Source: an uncultured Rhabdothermincola sp.
GTDB taxonomy: Bacteria; Actinomycetota; Acidimicrobiia; Acidimicrobiales; Acidimicrobilacustridaceae
Assembly (NCBI GenBank): GCA_964485515.1
Contig: CAZALT010000004.1
Span: forward strand, 1 to 53,160
Length of the DNA stretch: 53,160 nt
Direction: 5' to 3'
Shown here: positions 52,501 to 53,160 of the stretch, piece by piece
How positions within the stretch are numbered: position 1 is the stretch's first letter
Layout: each line of letters begins with the position of its first letter
Made by a program: the position numbers and the translations under genes
The notes under the pieces: model-generated
What the model saw: only the letters and a program-made list of their open reading frames with translations
Told to the model about the DNA's origin: nothing
Database searches by the model: none

Positions 52501-52955
52501 TCGACCACGCCTCGCTCGTCGAGCTGGCGCGCATCCAGCAGGTCCAGCTCACGTACGCCCTGGCGTTCGACACGAAGGACCTCGATGGCGTGCTCGGGGT
52601 GTTCGCCGACGACGCCGCCTGGGTCTCGCCCTACTCGGGGGAGCGCCAGGGGGCCGACGCGCTGGCCGAGATGTTCCGCAGCTCGTTCGCAGCGGTCGGC
52701 TCGTGCGCCCACGTCGTGGGCGCATCCCTGCTTACCGCCTTTGACGGCGACCGCGCTCGGTGCACGACCTACTTCCAGTCTGAGGTCGTGTACGACGGCG
52801 AGCCAACCACGCTGTGCTCCGACGTCGGGTACTACGAGGACGAGCTCGTCCGTTCGTCGGTCAGGTGGCGGATCACCCGTCGTGGCGTGCGCCTCCTGCT
52901 GCCGAGTCGCAAGGCCGAGTTCGCCCGCATGGAACTGCCCGACGCGTCGGGCTGA
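52497..52955 (+). CDS. SnoaL-like / NTF2-fold protein
   Basis: ORF 51672..52955 trimmed to GTG 52497 (GTGA overlap with the SDR stop). LVELARIQQVQLTYALAFDTKDLDGVLGVFADDAAW is typical of the NTF2/SnoaL_4 family. Confidence 0.7.
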   Translation: MIDHASLVELARIQQVQLTYALAFDTKDLDGVLGVFADDAAWVSPYSGERQGADALAEMFRSSFAAVGSCAHVVGASLLTAFDGDRARCTTYFQSEVVYDGEPTTLCSDVGYYEDELVRSSVRWRITRRGVRLLLPSRKAEFARMELPDASG

Positions 52956-53033
52956 CCGCGCGCTCCTTCGCCTCCGGGTTCCGCCACCCGGAGACGATGG
53001 TGGCCACGTCGGTACGCCGACGCAGCGCCGCCA

Positions 53034-53066
53034 GGCCGACACCCCCACCCGCCGGGGGTGTCGGCC
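53034..53066. terminator. 13-bp perfect-stem hairpin (GGCCGACACCCCC-ACCCGCC-GGGGGTGTCGGCC)
   Basis: Read directly, 79 nt after the NTF2 stop. Possibly a bidirectional terminator facing a minus-strand gene that seems to end near 53106. Confidence 0.4.
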
Positions 53067-53160
53067 ACCCCCCCCATCCCGACTGGTGCCGGGCCCGACG
53101 TCGATCTACGCCACGGAGAACCGGGCCGAGGCGAAGGCCGGGCAGCGGAGCGCCTCGTCG

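Overview
High-GC, GC3-biased, densely coding segment with an actinobacterial gene repertoire: F420-type LLM oxidoreductases, a DUF2510 protein, lipobox lipoproteins, and many 4-nt ATGA/GTGA start-stop overlaps. I call 54 CDS. I saw no rRNA, tRNA, CRISPR array, transposase or integrase.

Layout:
- 0.2-4.3 kb: PaaX-like regulator, then a P450 / LLM oxidoreductase / SDR unit.
- 4.5-8.2 kb (minus strand): modCBA molybdate transporter plus two small DUF-type proteins.
- 8.4-10.9 kb: nitronate-monooxygenase-like gene, then a small ORF coupled to an APH-type kinase.
- 11.2-53 kb: a roughly 42-kb lipid / alicyclic-acid catabolic island.

Island content:
- 2 further P450s, each with its own 3Fe-4S ferredoxin.
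- 6 acyl-CoA dehydrogenases, including two adjacent alpha/beta-type pairs and one ACAD10/11-like enzyme next to a kinase.
- 4 enoyl-CoA hydratases and 2 thiolases.
- An SCP-x/Ltp thiolase-like protein with its DUF35 partner.
- 2 family III CoA-transferases; one is clearly alpha-methylacyl-CoA racemase.
- A two-subunit class I CoA-transferase-fold protein (GctAB/IpdAB-like) and a PaaK-like ligase.
- 6 SDRs, a PhyH-family dioxygenase, 2 NTF2/SnoaL proteins, a cyclase-family hydrolase and a TetR regulator.
- A sugar-type (CUT2) ABC importer whose two paralogous lipoprotein binding proteins are encoded 23 kb and 12 kb away from it.

Main observations:
- A 19-bp imperfect palindrome (TCAACCTACTnnGTAGTAT) overlaps the -10 position and recurs ten times. 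It sits in front of essentially every transcription unit of the island, so the island looks like one dispersed regulon, presumably under the resident TetR.
- A split ACAD10/11 (LvaA/LvaC-like) kinase-dehydrogenase module.
- An SBP-ferredoxin-P450-CoA-transferase(A/B)-PaaK-SDR-thioesterase operon.
- A 33-nt tandem array that repeats a gene's stop codon in frame.
- A duplicated 61-nt hairpin element, and a probable P450 N-terminal remnant.

All functional calls come from motif and sequence recall. No database search was run.
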